DNA of 64,000 nucleotides from an uncultured Gemmatimonadales bacterium (GTDB taxonomy: Bacteria > Gemmatimonadota > Gemmatimonadetes > Gemmatimonadales > GWC2-71-9): the NCBI GenBank assembly GCA_963771275.1, contig CAVYSW010000003.1, forward strand, positions 512,001 through 576,000, given 5' to 3'. Positions 19,618-28,907 of the stretch are shown here, one piece after another (position 1 is the first letter of the stretch; every line of letters starts with the position of its first letter). A model generated the notes under the pieces. The model was not told the DNA's origin. It worked only from the letters and a program-made list of their open reading frames with translations, and did not search any database. The position numbers and the translations under genes are program-made.

Positions 19618-20514
19618 ATGGCCGAACAGCTGCGCGCGATCAAGTCTAAGGCGTTCTTCCGCGCATCCTCCTCCGGCGCGTTCGACCAGTACCTCCAGGA
19701 CATTCAGAAGCTGCCGTTGATCAAGGACCCGCTCGAAGAGCGCGCCCTGGCCCGGCGGGCGCAGGGTGGAGACCCCAAGGCCGCCGAACGCTTGGTGACG
19801 GCCAACCTGCGATTCGTGATCTCGTACGTGAAGAAGTACCAGGGGCACGGCCTCGACTTGTCCGAGCTGGTCGCGATCGGCAACGAAGGACTGCTCAAAG
19901 CCGTTCGCAAGTTCGACCCGGACCAGGGCGTCAAGTTCATCTCGTACGCGGTGTGGTGGGTGCGGCAGGCAGTCCTGAAGGCACTCGCCGAGCAGACCCG
20001 CAGTGTCCGCATCCCGCTCAACCAGAACAGTCACCTCATCCGGATGGCGCGCACCGAGACGTATCTGTCGCAGGAACTGGGGCGCGAGCCGACCGACGAG
20101 GAGATCGCCAAGGCCCTCGAGGACACCACGGAAAACGTCCGGGCGGCGCGTCGCATGACGGCGGCGGAGATCTCGCTCGATGCGCCGATCGACCGGGGCG
20201 ACCGCGAGGCGGCCACGGTCGGCGAGCGGTTCGCGGGCCAGGAGGGGGCCGAAATCGAAGAGCACACCGATTCGCGCCTGATGCGCGAGTTCATCGACCA
20301 CGTCTTTGAGAAGTACCTCACGGCGCGCGAGCGTCGGATTCTCTACCTGTACTACGGTCTGGAAGAGGGCTCGGAGGGCATGACCCTCGAGCGGATCGGC
20401 GAGCTGATGGGCGTGACGCGCGAGCGCATCCGCCAGATCCGCGAGCGCGCGTTCGAGAAGCTGCGCCAGAGCCCGGACGGCAAGGCCCTGCTGGGGTTCT
20501 GGAAGGCCGCCTGA
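19618..20514 (+). CDS. RpoD/SigA-family sigma-70 factor, short form lacking region 1.1
   Basis: Region 1.2 FDQYLQDI; region 2 ANLRFVI..KKY..GNEGLLKAVRKFDP..KFISYAVWWVRQ; region 4 TLERIGELMGVTRERIRQI. Confidence 0.92.
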   Translation: MAEQLRAIKSKAFFRASSSGAFDQYLQDIQKLPLIKDPLEERALARRAQGGDPKAAERLVTANLRFVISYVKKYQGHGLDLSELVAIGNEGLLKAVRKFDPDQGVKFISYAVWWVRQAVLKALAEQTRSVRIPLNQNSHLIRMARTETYLSQELGREPTDEEIAKALEDTTENVRAARRMTAAEISLDAPIDRGDREAATVGERFAGQEGAEIEEHTDSRLMREFIDHVFEKYLTARERRILYLYYGLEEGSEGMTLERIGELMGVTRERIRQIRERAFEKLRQSPDGKALLGFWKAA

Positions 20515-20537
20515 GCCCGCCACCGAGCTGACCCCTG

Positions 20538-20577
20538 ACGCAAGACGGGATGGCCGAAAGCCATCCCGTCGTTGCGT
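20538..20577 (+). terminator. Strong hairpin after the sigma gene, probable intrinsic terminator
   Basis: ACGCAA-GACGGGATGGC-cgaaa-GCCATCCCGTC-g-TTGCGT; weak U-tract. Confidence 0.6.
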
Positions 20578-20638
20578 TCCGGGGGCTCGCCCCCCCCGGC
20601 CCCCCACCCCGCTGCTTGGCCCCCTCTATATTCCGCAT

Positions 20639-21322
20639 ATGGCGACTCTGGAACTCCCGATTTTCCCGCTCGGGATCGTGCTGTTCCCCGGCACGCCGCA
20701 CGCGCTGCACATCTTCGAGCGGCGCTACCGGCAAATGCTGGCGGACTGCCTCGGAGGAAGTCAGCGCTTCGGCCTCTCCTTCGTGCGCCCGAGCCAGGAC
20801 GCCGACCCCGCGCCGTCGGTGGGGGATGTGGGGTGTATCGCGGTCGTGCGGGAGTCCCACCTGCTCCCCGACGGTCGCTCGAACATCCTCGCGCTCGGTG
20901 AGGACCGCTACGTCCTGTCGGAGTACCTCGACACGGGGCTCCCCTATCGCACCGCGCGCGTGGAGACGTTCGACGACGACGACGCGGACGTGCCGCAGCT
21001 GGCCGAGATCGCCGCGTCCGTGCGGGGCGGGTTCGCCCACTTCATGGCCGGCATGCAGGCGCTGACCGACCGTGGTGCGGCGCCCGTCGACCTCCCGTCC
21101 GACGCGAAGCACCTCTCGTTTCACGTATCCGCGGCCCTGGAGATCGACCCCGAAGCCAAGCAGGCCCTTCTCGCGCTGCGGTCCACCGTCGTGCGCCTCG
21201 AGACGATCGACCGCCTGCTCCGGCCGCTGAACGAGGAGTTGGGGCGCAGGGTACAGGTGCACGTGCGGGCGCGGGGCAACGGCAAGGGCGGCGCAACACA
21301 CGACATCGTGCGGGCCACGTGA
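20639..21322 (+). CDS. LON peptidase substrate-binding (N-terminal) domain protein
   Basis: LPIFPL..VLFPG...LHIFE.RYRQM..DC, VGC, PDGR; no AAA+ or protease domain. Confidence 0.9.
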   Translation: MATLELPIFPLGIVLFPGTPHALHIFERRYRQMLADCLGGSQRFGLSFVRPSQDADPAPSVGDVGCIAVVRESHLLPDGRSNILALGEDRYVLSEYLDTGLPYRTARVETFDDDDADVPQLAEIAASVRGGFAHFMAGMQALTDRGAAPVDLPSDAKHLSFHVSAALEIDPEAKQALLALRSTVVRLETIDRLLRPLNEELGRRVQVHVRARGNGKGGATHDIVRAT

Positions 21323-22776
21323 GCGTCACGGCGGAGGTGCTGCAGGCGCTGGCGTCGATCGTCGGGCCGCGCTGGGTTCGCCACGGGCGCGCGGAGCTGG
21401 AGACCTACGCGTCGGACGGACTCGCCACGCTGCACGTGGTTCCCGGCGCGGTCGTGATGCCCGGCACCCGCGATGAACTGGTCGGCGTCGTGCGCGCGCT
21501 GGCGCAGCGTGGGGTGCCGTTTGCGCCGCGCGGGGCCGGAACCGGCCTCTCGGGCGGCGCGCTGGCGGCGTCCGACGCGGTGGTTCTCGCGCTCACACGG
21601 CTCGACCGGATTCTCTCCGTCGAGCCGCGCAACCGCCGGGCCGTCGTCGAGCCCGGCGTCGTCAACGTGCGGCTGTCCCGCGCGGCGGCTCCGTACGGCC
21701 TGCACTACGCGCCCGATCCCTCGAGCCAGACCGTGTGCACGATCGGCGGCAACGTGGCGGAGAACGCCGGCGGGCCGCACTGCCTGAAGTACGGGGTCAC
21801 CACGAACCACATTCTGGCCCTCGAGGTCGTGCTGCCGTCCGGCGACGTCGTCCCCTTGGGGGCGGGGGGCGGGGACCCGTGGGGCCCCGACCTCGTCGGC
21901 CTGTTCGTCGGGAGCGAAGGCACGTTCGGCATCGCCTCGCGCATCACCGTTCGGCTGGTCCCGCTGCCCCGGGCCGTCGAAACGCTCCTGGCGCCGTTCG
22001 GCTCGCTGCGCGTGGCGGGCGAGGCGGTGTCGGCCATCATCGCCTCCGGCATCGTGCCCGCGGCGCTCGAGATGATGGACCAGAATTGCATTCGGGCCGT
22101 CGAGGCGTCGATCTACCGCGCCGGGTACCCGACCGACGCGGCGGCGGTGCTGCTCGTGGAGCTGGACGGCGGTTCCGCCGACGCCGTCGCGGAAGCCGCG
22201 CGAACGGTGGAAGCCCTGCTGCGTCGTGCCGGAGCGTTGAGCGTGCGCGTGGCCCGGGAGGCACACGAGCGCGAGCGGCTGTGGCACGGGCGGAAGAAGG
22301 CGTTCGGCGCGATGGGGCGGCTCAGCCCGGACCTCGTGGTCCAGGACGCCGTGGTGCCGCGCTCGGCCCTGCCCGACGTGCTCGCCGTGATTGCCGACAT
22401 CGGCGCACGCCACGGCCTCACGGTGGCCAACGTGTTCCACGCCGGCGACGGCAACCTGCATCCCAACATCGCGTTCGACCGGCGAGACCCCGCGTTGCGC
22501 GCGCGCGTCGCGCGCGCGTCGGCGGAGATCATGGAGGCCTGCATCGCGGCGGGGGGAACGATCACCGGCGAGCACGGGGTGGGACGCGACAAGCTGCGGT
22601 ACATGACGGCGATCTTCGACGCCACGACGCTCGGCCTGATGCGCGACACCCGACGCGTGTTCGACCCGGCCGAGCAGGCCAACCCGGGCAAGGTGGTGCC
22701 CGCGCTCGGCTGCCGGGAACCGACGGGGGCACGGCCGGCCGGGACGCCCGCGGCGGTGGAGGCGTTGGCACCATGA
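21319..22776 (+). CDS. glcD: Glycolate oxidase FAD-linked subunit
   Basis: PRGAGTGLSGG, YAPDPSSQ..CTIGGNVAENAGGPHCLKYG, GSEGT, FHAGDGNLHP, GEHGVG. Confidence 0.9.
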   Translation: MSVTAEVLQALASIVGPRWVRHGRAELETYASDGLATLHVVPGAVVMPGTRDELVGVVRALAQRGVPFAPRGAGTGLSGGALAASDAVVLALTRLDRILSVEPRNRRAVVEPGVVNVRLSRAAAPYGLHYAPDPSSQTVCTIGGNVAENAGGPHCLKYGVTTNHILALEVVLPSGDVVPLGAGGGDPWGPDLVGLFVGSEGTFGIASRITVRLVPLPRAVETLLAPFGSLRVAGEAVSAIIASGIVPAALEMMDQNCIRAVEASIYRAGYPTDAAAVLLVELDGGSADAVAEAARTVEALLRRAGALSVRVAREAHERERLWHGRKKAFGAMGRLSPDLVVQDAVVPRSALPDVLAVIADIGARHGLTVANVFHAGDGNLHPNIAFDRRDPALRARVARASAEIMEACIAAGGTITGEHGVGRDKLRYMTAIFDATTLGLMRDTRRVFDPAEQANPGKVVPALGCREPTGARPAGTPAAVEALAP

Positions 22777-23153
22777 TCCCGACGCGCTGGCGCATTCCGC
22801 TCGAAGAGCAGCTGATCGACGCCGACCGGCGGCTGGAGCAGGCCGAGCAGCACCTTCGGAGTGGTGAGGGCGGTCGGGCCCTGCAGGGCGGCTATCAGGC
22901 CGTGGTGGCGGCGGCGAGCGTGCGGGTCTGGATGGCGGACTACCCCTCGGACCGGAAGCTGCCGCCGCAGGAGATGCAGCGCCGCGCCCAGGCGGAGCTG
23001 CCCAGTCTGTTTGCCGCCCTTGCCTCGCTGAATCTGCCACAGGCGCTCACCAGCCCGTGGACCGCGAGCTCGGCGGCGCCCTACGTCGCCGAGGCGCGTG
23101 CTTTCGTGACCGACACGATGGACCGGTTCCGCCGATGGCTCGAGGCGAGCTGA
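22773..23153 (+). CDS. Hypothetical 126-aa helical protein, possibly HEPN-like
   Basis: ATGA overlap with glcD; ADRRLEQAEQHLRSG...ALQGGYQAV and A...V.EARAFV resemble the first and last HEPN helices. Confidence 0.6.
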   Translation: MIPTRWRIPLEEQLIDADRRLEQAEQHLRSGEGGRALQGGYQAVVAAASVRVWMADYPSDRKLPPQEMQRRAQAELPSLFAALASLNLPQALTSPWTASSAAPYVAEARAFVTDTMDRFRRWLEAS

Positions 23154-24358
23154 GCACCCGGCTGCGCTCGCTGCTCGGCGCGAGCGCGGACTTCGGCACC
23201 GCGGGCGACGGCGTGCCCGTCGTCCGGCCACGCGACGAGGCTGGCTGCGCGCTGCTGCTGCGCACCGCGTCGCTCGAAGGATGGCGGGTGCGCATCGAGG
23301 GCGCGGGCACGTGGATGCCCCCGGACGGCACCGTCGACCTGGCTCTCGGCACGACGCGGCTGGCGGCGCTGGGACCGGTGAGCGCAACGGATCTCGTGGC
23401 CACGGCGCAGACCGGAATCCGCTGGGAGGCATTGCGGAGCGGCCTGGCCGATGCCGGCGCGTGGCTCGCGCACGACGCCCCGGGCGGCGACCGGACCCTC
23501 GGCTCGCTGCTGGCCACCGGCTCGGCAGGGCCGCTCCGCGCCGGCTACGGCATGCTGCGCGACCACGTGCTCGGCCTGACGCTCGTGACCGGGGACGGCC
23601 GCGTGACCCGCGTGGGCGGCCGAGTGGTCAAGAACGTCGCGGGCTACGACCTGTCCAGGCTCGCGGTCGGCAGCTTCGGCGCGTTCGGCGTCATCACGTC
23701 GGTGCACCTGCGGTTGCGGACCGTGCCGCGCGCGGACCTCACGCTCGCGGCCGCGGGCGCCCGAGATGCCCTGATCGACGCCGCCCGGTCGGTGCTCGAT
23801 GGAGGAATTTCCCCCGCCGCCCTCGAGCTGATCTCGCCGGCGGCAGCCTCCGCCGACCAGTGGCTCCTGGGTGTGCGCCTGTGCGGCACGGAGATCGAGG
23901 TCGCCGCGGAGCGCGCGGCGGTGCAGGCGGCGAGCGGCCTCGGCTTCAGCGGGCACGCCGGTCCCGCCGCGGCAGCCTTCTGGTCGCGCATTCTGGGCGG
24001 CGTCTCGCAGCGCCCGGTAACCGCGCGCCTGGGGGCTCTGCCGGCCTCGTTGGAGGACGCGCTCGATCTCGTGGCCCTGCACCTCGACGAGCCCGTGCGC
24101 GACTGGATCGGCGTCACCGTCCCCGCCGGCTCCGTGCGTTGGAGCGGCACGGCGAGTGCGGAGGTGCTCGCGCGGTTCCGCACGGCGGCCGCGGCCCGGG
24201 AGTGGCCCGTGACGCTCGAGCGCGCCCCGGCGGACATGCGCACGCGCATCGGCGTGTTCGGCGCGTATCGCGAGGGCATCGCCCACCTCGTCGGCGGTCT
24301 CAAGGCCGCGTTCGATCCCGCGGGGGTCCTCGTCACGCCGCTTGGCACCGGGGCGTGA
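23135..24358 (+). CDS. glcE: Glycolate oxidase FAD-binding subunit
   Basis: RIEGAGT, TLGSLLATG..GP.R..YG..RD.VLG, GGRVVKNVAGYDL, LKAAFDP.G. Confidence 0.88.
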   Translation: MARGELSTRLRSLLGASADFGTAGDGVPVVRPRDEAGCALLLRTASLEGWRVRIEGAGTWMPPDGTVDLALGTTRLAALGPVSATDLVATAQTGIRWEALRSGLADAGAWLAHDAPGGDRTLGSLLATGSAGPLRAGYGMLRDHVLGLTLVTGDGRVTRVGGRVVKNVAGYDLSRLAVGSFGAFGVITSVHLRLRTVPRADLTLAAAGARDALIDAARSVLDGGISPAALELISPAAASADQWLLGVRLCGTEIEVAAERAAVQAASGLGFSGHAGPAAAAFWSRILGGVSQRPVTARLGALPASLEDALDLVALHLDEPVRDWIGVTVPAGSVRWSGTASAEVLARFRTAAAAREWPVTLERAPADMRTRIGVFGAYREGIAHLVGGLKAAFDPAGVLVTPLGTGA

Positions 24359-25644
24359 ACGGCTTCGCCGGCCTCGCGCCGTGCGTGCACTGCGGCTTCT
24401 GCCTGCAGGCGTGCCCCACGTATCTCGCGACCGCCGATGAAGCGGACAGTCCGCGGGGCCGCATCGTGCTGATGCGCTCCTTGGAGCGCGGCGACCTGGC
24501 AGCCAACGACCCCGGCCTCCAGCTGCACCTCGACCGGTGCCTGGGGTGCCGGGGCTGCGAGCCCGTGTGCCCGTCCGGCGTCAGCTACGGGCCCGCGCTC
24601 GAGGCGGCGCGCGAGCGTATTGCGGCCGCCCGGCCGATCCCAGCGGCGGCTCGGGCGATCCTCGCGGCCATGGCGGAGCCGGCGATCGGCGGCCCGGCCA
24701 TGCTGCTCGCCCGCATCGCGCGACCGGTCGTGGGGAGGCTCGCCGGGCGACGCGGCCTGGGGTTCGCGTTCGGGATGCTCGCGGCCACACGCCGGGTAAC
24801 GCTGGCCCGGAACGACCGGAAGGCGGCGGACGGTCCCGCTCCCGTTTCTGCCGCCTCAGCCGCTCCTGCCGCCGGTGCAGGTCCGGTCGTCGTCTTTCAG
24901 GGTTGCATTCAGGCGGGGCTCTTCTCCCACGTGAACGCCGCCGCCGCGCGCACGCTCGTGGTCAACCGATACCGCATCGTCGCGGTGGAGGGTCAGGGCT
25001 GTTGCGGCGCGCTGCACGCCCACGCCGGCCTGCTGGCGGACGCGCGGGCCCTCGCCCGGGCCAACGTGAAGGCGTTTGCGGCCGAGCCGGGCGCGCTCCT
25101 CGCCGCCACCGCAGCGGGCTGCGGTGCGATGCTCCGCTCCTATGGCGACCTGCTCGCGGGGGATCCACTGGAACCCACCGCTCGGGATTTTGCCGGTCGG
25201 GTACGGGACATCACCGAGCTCCTGGCCGAGGCCGGCCCGCTGCGTGGCGCCGCGGTCGCGCTCCGCGTGGCGTACGACCCGCCGTGCCATCTGCTGCATG
25301 CGCAGCGGGTGGCCGATCCGCCACGCGCGGTGCTCGCCGCGGTGCCCGGGCTGGAGGTCGTGCCTCATGACGAGGCGGAGCAGTGTTGCGGCAGTGCCGG
25401 CATCTACGGCCTGTCGCAGCCCGAGATGTCGCGCGCCGTGCTCGATCGGAAGATCGCCGCGATCACCGCGGCCGCGCCGGATCTCGTCGCCACGGGGAAC
25501 CCGGGATGCACCATGCAGATCGGCGCCGGTCTGCGTGCCGTCGGCAGTCGGATCGGCGTCGTGCATCCCGTCGAGCTGCTCGATGCGTCGTACGCCGCCG
25601 CAGGGCGCTACGCGGACATCGCCGAGGACCCCGAGCGCGCATGA
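24355..25644 (+). CDS. glcF: Glycolate oxidase iron-sulfur subunit
   Basis: CVHCGFCLQACPTY, SPRGRI, CLGCRGCEPVCPSGV, CCGAL, PCHLLHAQ, CCGSAG, NPGC. Confidence 0.92.
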   Translation: MNGFAGLAPCVHCGFCLQACPTYLATADEADSPRGRIVLMRSLERGDLAANDPGLQLHLDRCLGCRGCEPVCPSGVSYGPALEAARERIAAARPIPAAARAILAAMAEPAIGGPAMLLARIARPVVGRLAGRRGLGFAFGMLAATRRVTLARNDRKAADGPAPVSAASAAPAAGAGPVVVFQGCIQAGLFSHVNAAAARTLVVNRYRIVAVEGQGCCGALHAHAGLLADARALARANVKAFAAEPGALLAATAAGCGAMLRSYGDLLAGDPLEPTARDFAGRVRDITELLAEAGPLRGAAVALRVAYDPPCHLLHAQRVADPPRAVLAAVPGLEVVPHDEAEQCCGSAGIYGLSQPEMSRAVLDRKIAAITAAAPDLVATGNPGCTMQIGAGLRAVGSRIGVVHPVELLDASYAAAGRYADIAEDPERA

Positions 25645-26660
25645 CCGAGCCCGGCAGCGCCGCCCCGGCACCCGCCGCGTTCGTGCTCAGGAGTGAGGAC
25701 CTTCCCGAGCCCGAAGCGGACGCCGTGCTCGATGGGGCGCTCGTCGCCGAGCCGGCCGTGGCGACCGTCGAGGTGAGCGGCCCAGGCGCGGTTGCCTGCG
25801 TGCAGGGGCTGTTGACCAACGACGTGGAGAAGCCCGGCGAGGGCAGCTTGGTCTACGGGGCCGTGCTCACTCCCAAGGGGATGATCGTCTGCGACCTGTG
25901 GGCAACGCGCGAGCGCGGCGCGGTACGCCTGACGGTGGCGCGTCACGGGTTGGGAGCCCTCGAGGAGGTCTTCCAGCATTCGCTGCCTCCACGTCTGGCG
26001 CGCGCCGTCGACCGGACCGCGGAGGTCGTGACGCTCCACTTGGCAGGGCCGCGCGCAGTCGAGCTTGCCGTCCGAGCCGGCGTCGCCGCCCCTGCGGAGG
26101 GGCGCGCCGCGGCGGCCATCGTCGGCGAGGGCGCGTGCGTGGTGGCCCGGCCGCACGCCAGCGCCCCCTTCGCCCTCCAGATCACCGTGCCGGCGTCACA
26201 TGCCGGTGCCGTCCGGCGCCACCTCGTGGCCGCCGGGCTCACGGCGGCCGGTCCGCGCGCGCTGGAGCTCGCCCGGATCGTCGCCGGATGGCCGCGGCTT
26301 GGCGCGGAAATCGACGGCAGGACGCTGCCGCAGGAGGTGCGGTACGACGCGATCGGCGGCGTGTCCTACACCAAGGGGTGCTACACGGGCCAGGAGACGG
26401 TCGCCCGCCTCCATTTCCGCGGTCATCCGAACCGCGTCCTGCTCGGCCTATCGTGGGACGGGACTCCGCGCTTCGACCTCACGGATGTGCTGCAGGGCGA
26501 CCTGAACCGTGGGCGCGTCAGCAGCATCGCGTGGCTGGCACCGATCGAGCGATACCTCGGCCTGGCGATGCTCCGGCGCGAGACGGACATCGGGTCCACG
26601 GTGGTGGCCGCGGGTGCGCCGGCGACGGTGGTGGACTTGCCGTTCGCGCTGGAGCCGTAG
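25641..26660 (+). CDS. ygfZ: YgfZ/GcvT-family folate-binding protein (Fe-S assembly/repair)
   Basis: QGLLTNDV, LTPKG, signature KGCYTGQETVAR. Confidence 0.85.
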   Translation: MTEPGSAAPAPAAFVLRSEDLPEPEADAVLDGALVAEPAVATVEVSGPGAVACVQGLLTNDVEKPGEGSLVYGAVLTPKGMIVCDLWATRERGAVRLTVARHGLGALEEVFQHSLPPRLARAVDRTAEVVTLHLAGPRAVELAVRAGVAAPAEGRAAAAIVGEGACVVARPHASAPFALQITVPASHAGAVRRHLVAAGLTAAGPRALELARIVAGWPRLGAEIDGRTLPQEVRYDAIGGVSYTKGCYTGQETVARLHFRGHPNRVLLGLSWDGTPRFDLTDVLQGDLNRGRVSSIAWLAPIERYLGLAMLRRETDIGSTVVAAGAPATVVDLPFALEP

Positions 26661-26662
26661 AC

Positions 26663-26704
26663 GGTCAGCGTGCAGCGTGCAGCGTGTAGCGTGCAGCGGG
26701 TGGC
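26663..26704. repeat. Tandem heptamer array, (GTGCAGC)-type, six units
   Basis: ggtcagc gtgcagc gtgcagc gtgtagc gtgcagc gggtggc directly after the ygfZ stop. Confidence 0.8.
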
Positions 26705-26712
26705 GGGCTGGA

Positions 26713-26910
26713 TCAGGGCGGCGGGATGGTGTCCCGCGGCATGATCGTGTCGACCACGCCCGTATCCCGCGGCGGCGGCGAGTCGGTGGCAGGGACCGGC
26801 GCAGGCAATCCGGCGGGTGGCGTTTCCGGCCGGCGATCGTGTCTGCATCCCGACAGTCCCAGCGCCAGGAGTACCCCCAGAGCCGGCGTCCAACGTCTGC
26901 ATCTCGGCAT
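26713..26910 (-). CDS. Small Pro-rich putative lipoprotein (65 aa)
   Basis: MPRCRRWTPALGVLLALGLSGC: basic N-terminus, hydrophobic core, LSGC lipobox; fills the ygfZ-nagX gap. Confidence 0.55.
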   Translation of the reverse strand: MPRCRRWTPALGVLLALGLSGCRHDRRPETPPAGLPAPVPATDSPPPRDTGVVDTIMPRDTIPPP

Positions 26911-26964
26911 CGCTCGAAAGGAAGCACCGTCCATGGTCAAACGCCAACGCCGCCGCGTGCATCC

Positions 26965-28098
26965 ATGAGGCTCCCGCGATCCGAGCGGCTCGTGGCGCTC
27001 GACGCGTTCCGCGGGCTCACGATCGCCGGCATGCTGCTGGTGAACAACCCGGGCTCGTGGAGCGCGATCTACCCGCCGCTGCGGCACGCCGAGTGGCACG
27101 GCTGGACCCCCACCGACCTGATCTTCCCGTTCTTCCTGTTCATCGTCGGCATCACGACGCACCTCTCGCTGTCCGCGCGGGAGCGGCGGGGGGATCCTCC
27201 CGCGGCGATCCTGCGACAGATCCTGCGTCGCGGCGTGCTGATCATGCTGTTCGGGCTGGCGCTCGCGGCCTTCCCCTTCTTCCCGCTCGATCGCCTGCTC
27301 CACCTCCGCATCCCCGGCGTCCTGCAGCGGATCGGCATCTGCTACCTCGCCGCGGCTCTGCTGGCGCGCGGCCGCTCCGCCAGGAGCATCGTGCTGATCG
27401 TGGCGGTCCTGCTGCTCGGCTACTGGTGGCTGATGGCGCTCGTTCCGCCACCCGGCGCCGCCGCGGCCACCCTGGACGAGCCCAGCGCGACGCTCGCTGC
27501 GTATGTCGATCGGCTGCTGCTCGACGGGCACCTGTGGAGCGCCACGAAGACCTGGGACCCGGAGGGACCGCTCTCGACGTTCCCGGCCATTGGCACCTGC
27601 CTGCTCGGCGTGCTGGCGGGGCGCTGGCTCACGCAGAGTGCGCCGCTCGCGGAGCGGCTCAACGGTCTGTTCGCCGCCGGCGCGCTGGGGATGGCCGCGG
27701 GGTTGGCGTGGCATTGGGTGTTCCCGATCAACAAGAACCTGTGGACCAGCTCCTACGTGCTCTTCACGGCGGGGATGGCGTGCGTGATCCTCGCCGTTTG
27801 CATCTGGCTGATCGACGTGCAGGGCCGGCGCCGCTGGGCGGCACCGCTCGTCACGTACGGTCTCAACCCGATGATCGCGTTCGTGGGCTCGGGGATCATG
27901 GCTCGGCTGATCACCTCGCTGATCACCCTGCCGTACGCGGGCGGCCGGGCAGCGGTCCAGCGGGTGATCTACGAGACGGCATTCGCCTCGTGGCTCGCGC
28001 CGCGGAACGCATCGCTGGCGTTTGCGGTGACGTTCGTGCTCGTGTGGTACCTGATCCTGCTCGCGCTCGAGCAGCGCCGGATCGCCTTCCGGGTGTGA
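26965..28098 (+). CDS. Heparan-alpha-glucosaminide N-acetyltransferase-like (HGSNAT/NagX) membrane acyltransferase
   Basis: RLVALDAFRG, MLLVNNPG, LRHAEWHG, DLIFPFFLF, GVLQRI, DPEG, PINKNLWTSSY. Confidence 0.9.
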   Translation: MRLPRSERLVALDAFRGLTIAGMLLVNNPGSWSAIYPPLRHAEWHGWTPTDLIFPFFLFIVGITTHLSLSARERRGDPPAAILRQILRRGVLIMLFGLALAAFPFFPLDRLLHLRIPGVLQRIGICYLAAALLARGRSARSIVLIVAVLLLGYWWLMALVPPPGAAAATLDEPSATLAAYVDRLLLDGHLWSATKTWDPEGPLSTFPAIGTCLLGVLAGRWLTQSAPLAERLNGLFAAGALGMAAGLAWHWVFPINKNLWTSSYVLFTAGMACVILAVCIWLIDVQGRRRWAAPLVTYGLNPMIAFVGSGIMARLITSLITLPYAGGRAAVQRVIYETAFASWLAPRNASLAFAVTFVLVWYLILLALEQRRIAFRV

Positions 28099-28110
28099 CG
28101 CGCCCCGCCC

Positions 28111-28830
28111 TCAGAACCTCACGGACACCCCGGCCCACGGTAGCACCGCGGTGTCAGGTGCTCCCAGCTCGAACGCGTGAATCGCCCCGGCCTCGAGCGC
28201 GAACGGCCCGAGGAATCCGCGCAACCCGACCGCCCCGACGGGATCCGTGTTCTTGCCGAGGTAGAGGCCCTCCACCACGATTTCCAGCCCGCGGGACACG
28301 AGGACCTCCAGGGCGCCCTGCAACAGCACCTTGCCGGTGAAGGAGGTCTCGAACACGCTGCTGCTCGAACCGACCCCCACGAGTCCCGTGACGGCGATGC
28401 GGTCCGTGCCGACCGTGGTGGTGAGATACGGCCAGGCAGCCGCCGTGGTCTCGTTGTTGTCGAAGATCACCACCCCGAGCGCGCCCACCGCGACATTCAG
28501 CGTCGGGCCCCGGACCACTCCGAATCGAGCCGTTCCGTACAGGCTCGGTGCGTCGCTGATGGTCCAGAGCGTGGTGCCGATCTGGGCGGTGAGACGATCG
28601 GTGACGCCGTAGGCGGCGCCGACGGTGAACGTCGGCGCCAGCACCGCCACGTAGCCTCGCCCCTGCGGCAGGGTCGTCCCCTTGGCGATCAGGAAGCCGC
28701 GGTCCAGCGCGACGTCGCGCCCAGCCGGGGGACCGCCTAGCATTATCGAGCCGGCGGCCTGTCCCCAGAGAGGAGCCCCCCAAGGGGCGAGCAGAACGGT
28801 CAGCAATGCGCTGCGCCACCGCGACGTCAC
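28111..28830 (-). CDS. Hypothetical secreted protein, probable outer-membrane beta-barrel
   Basis: Signal peptide, amphipathic beta strands, C-terminal AGVSVRF. Confidence 0.6.
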   Translation of the reverse strand: MTSRWRSALLTVLLAPWGAPLWGQAAGSIMLGGPPAGRDVALDRGFLIAKGTTLPQGRGYVAVLAPTFTVGAAYGVTDRLTAQIGTTLWTISDAPSLYGTARFGVVRGPTLNVAVGALGVVIFDNNETTAAAWPYLTTTVGTDRIAVTGLVGVGSSSSVFETSFTGKVLLQGALEVLVSRGLEIVVEGLYLGKNTDPVGAVGLRGFLGPFALEAGAIHAFELGAPDTAVLPWAGVSVRF

Positions 28831-28907
28831 AGGAGCCTCGTGGTCCGGTCAGAGGGAGGTAACGAGGAATTGAAGCCGAAAGTTCCAGGTCGAGCCAGGG
28901 GGGCAAC

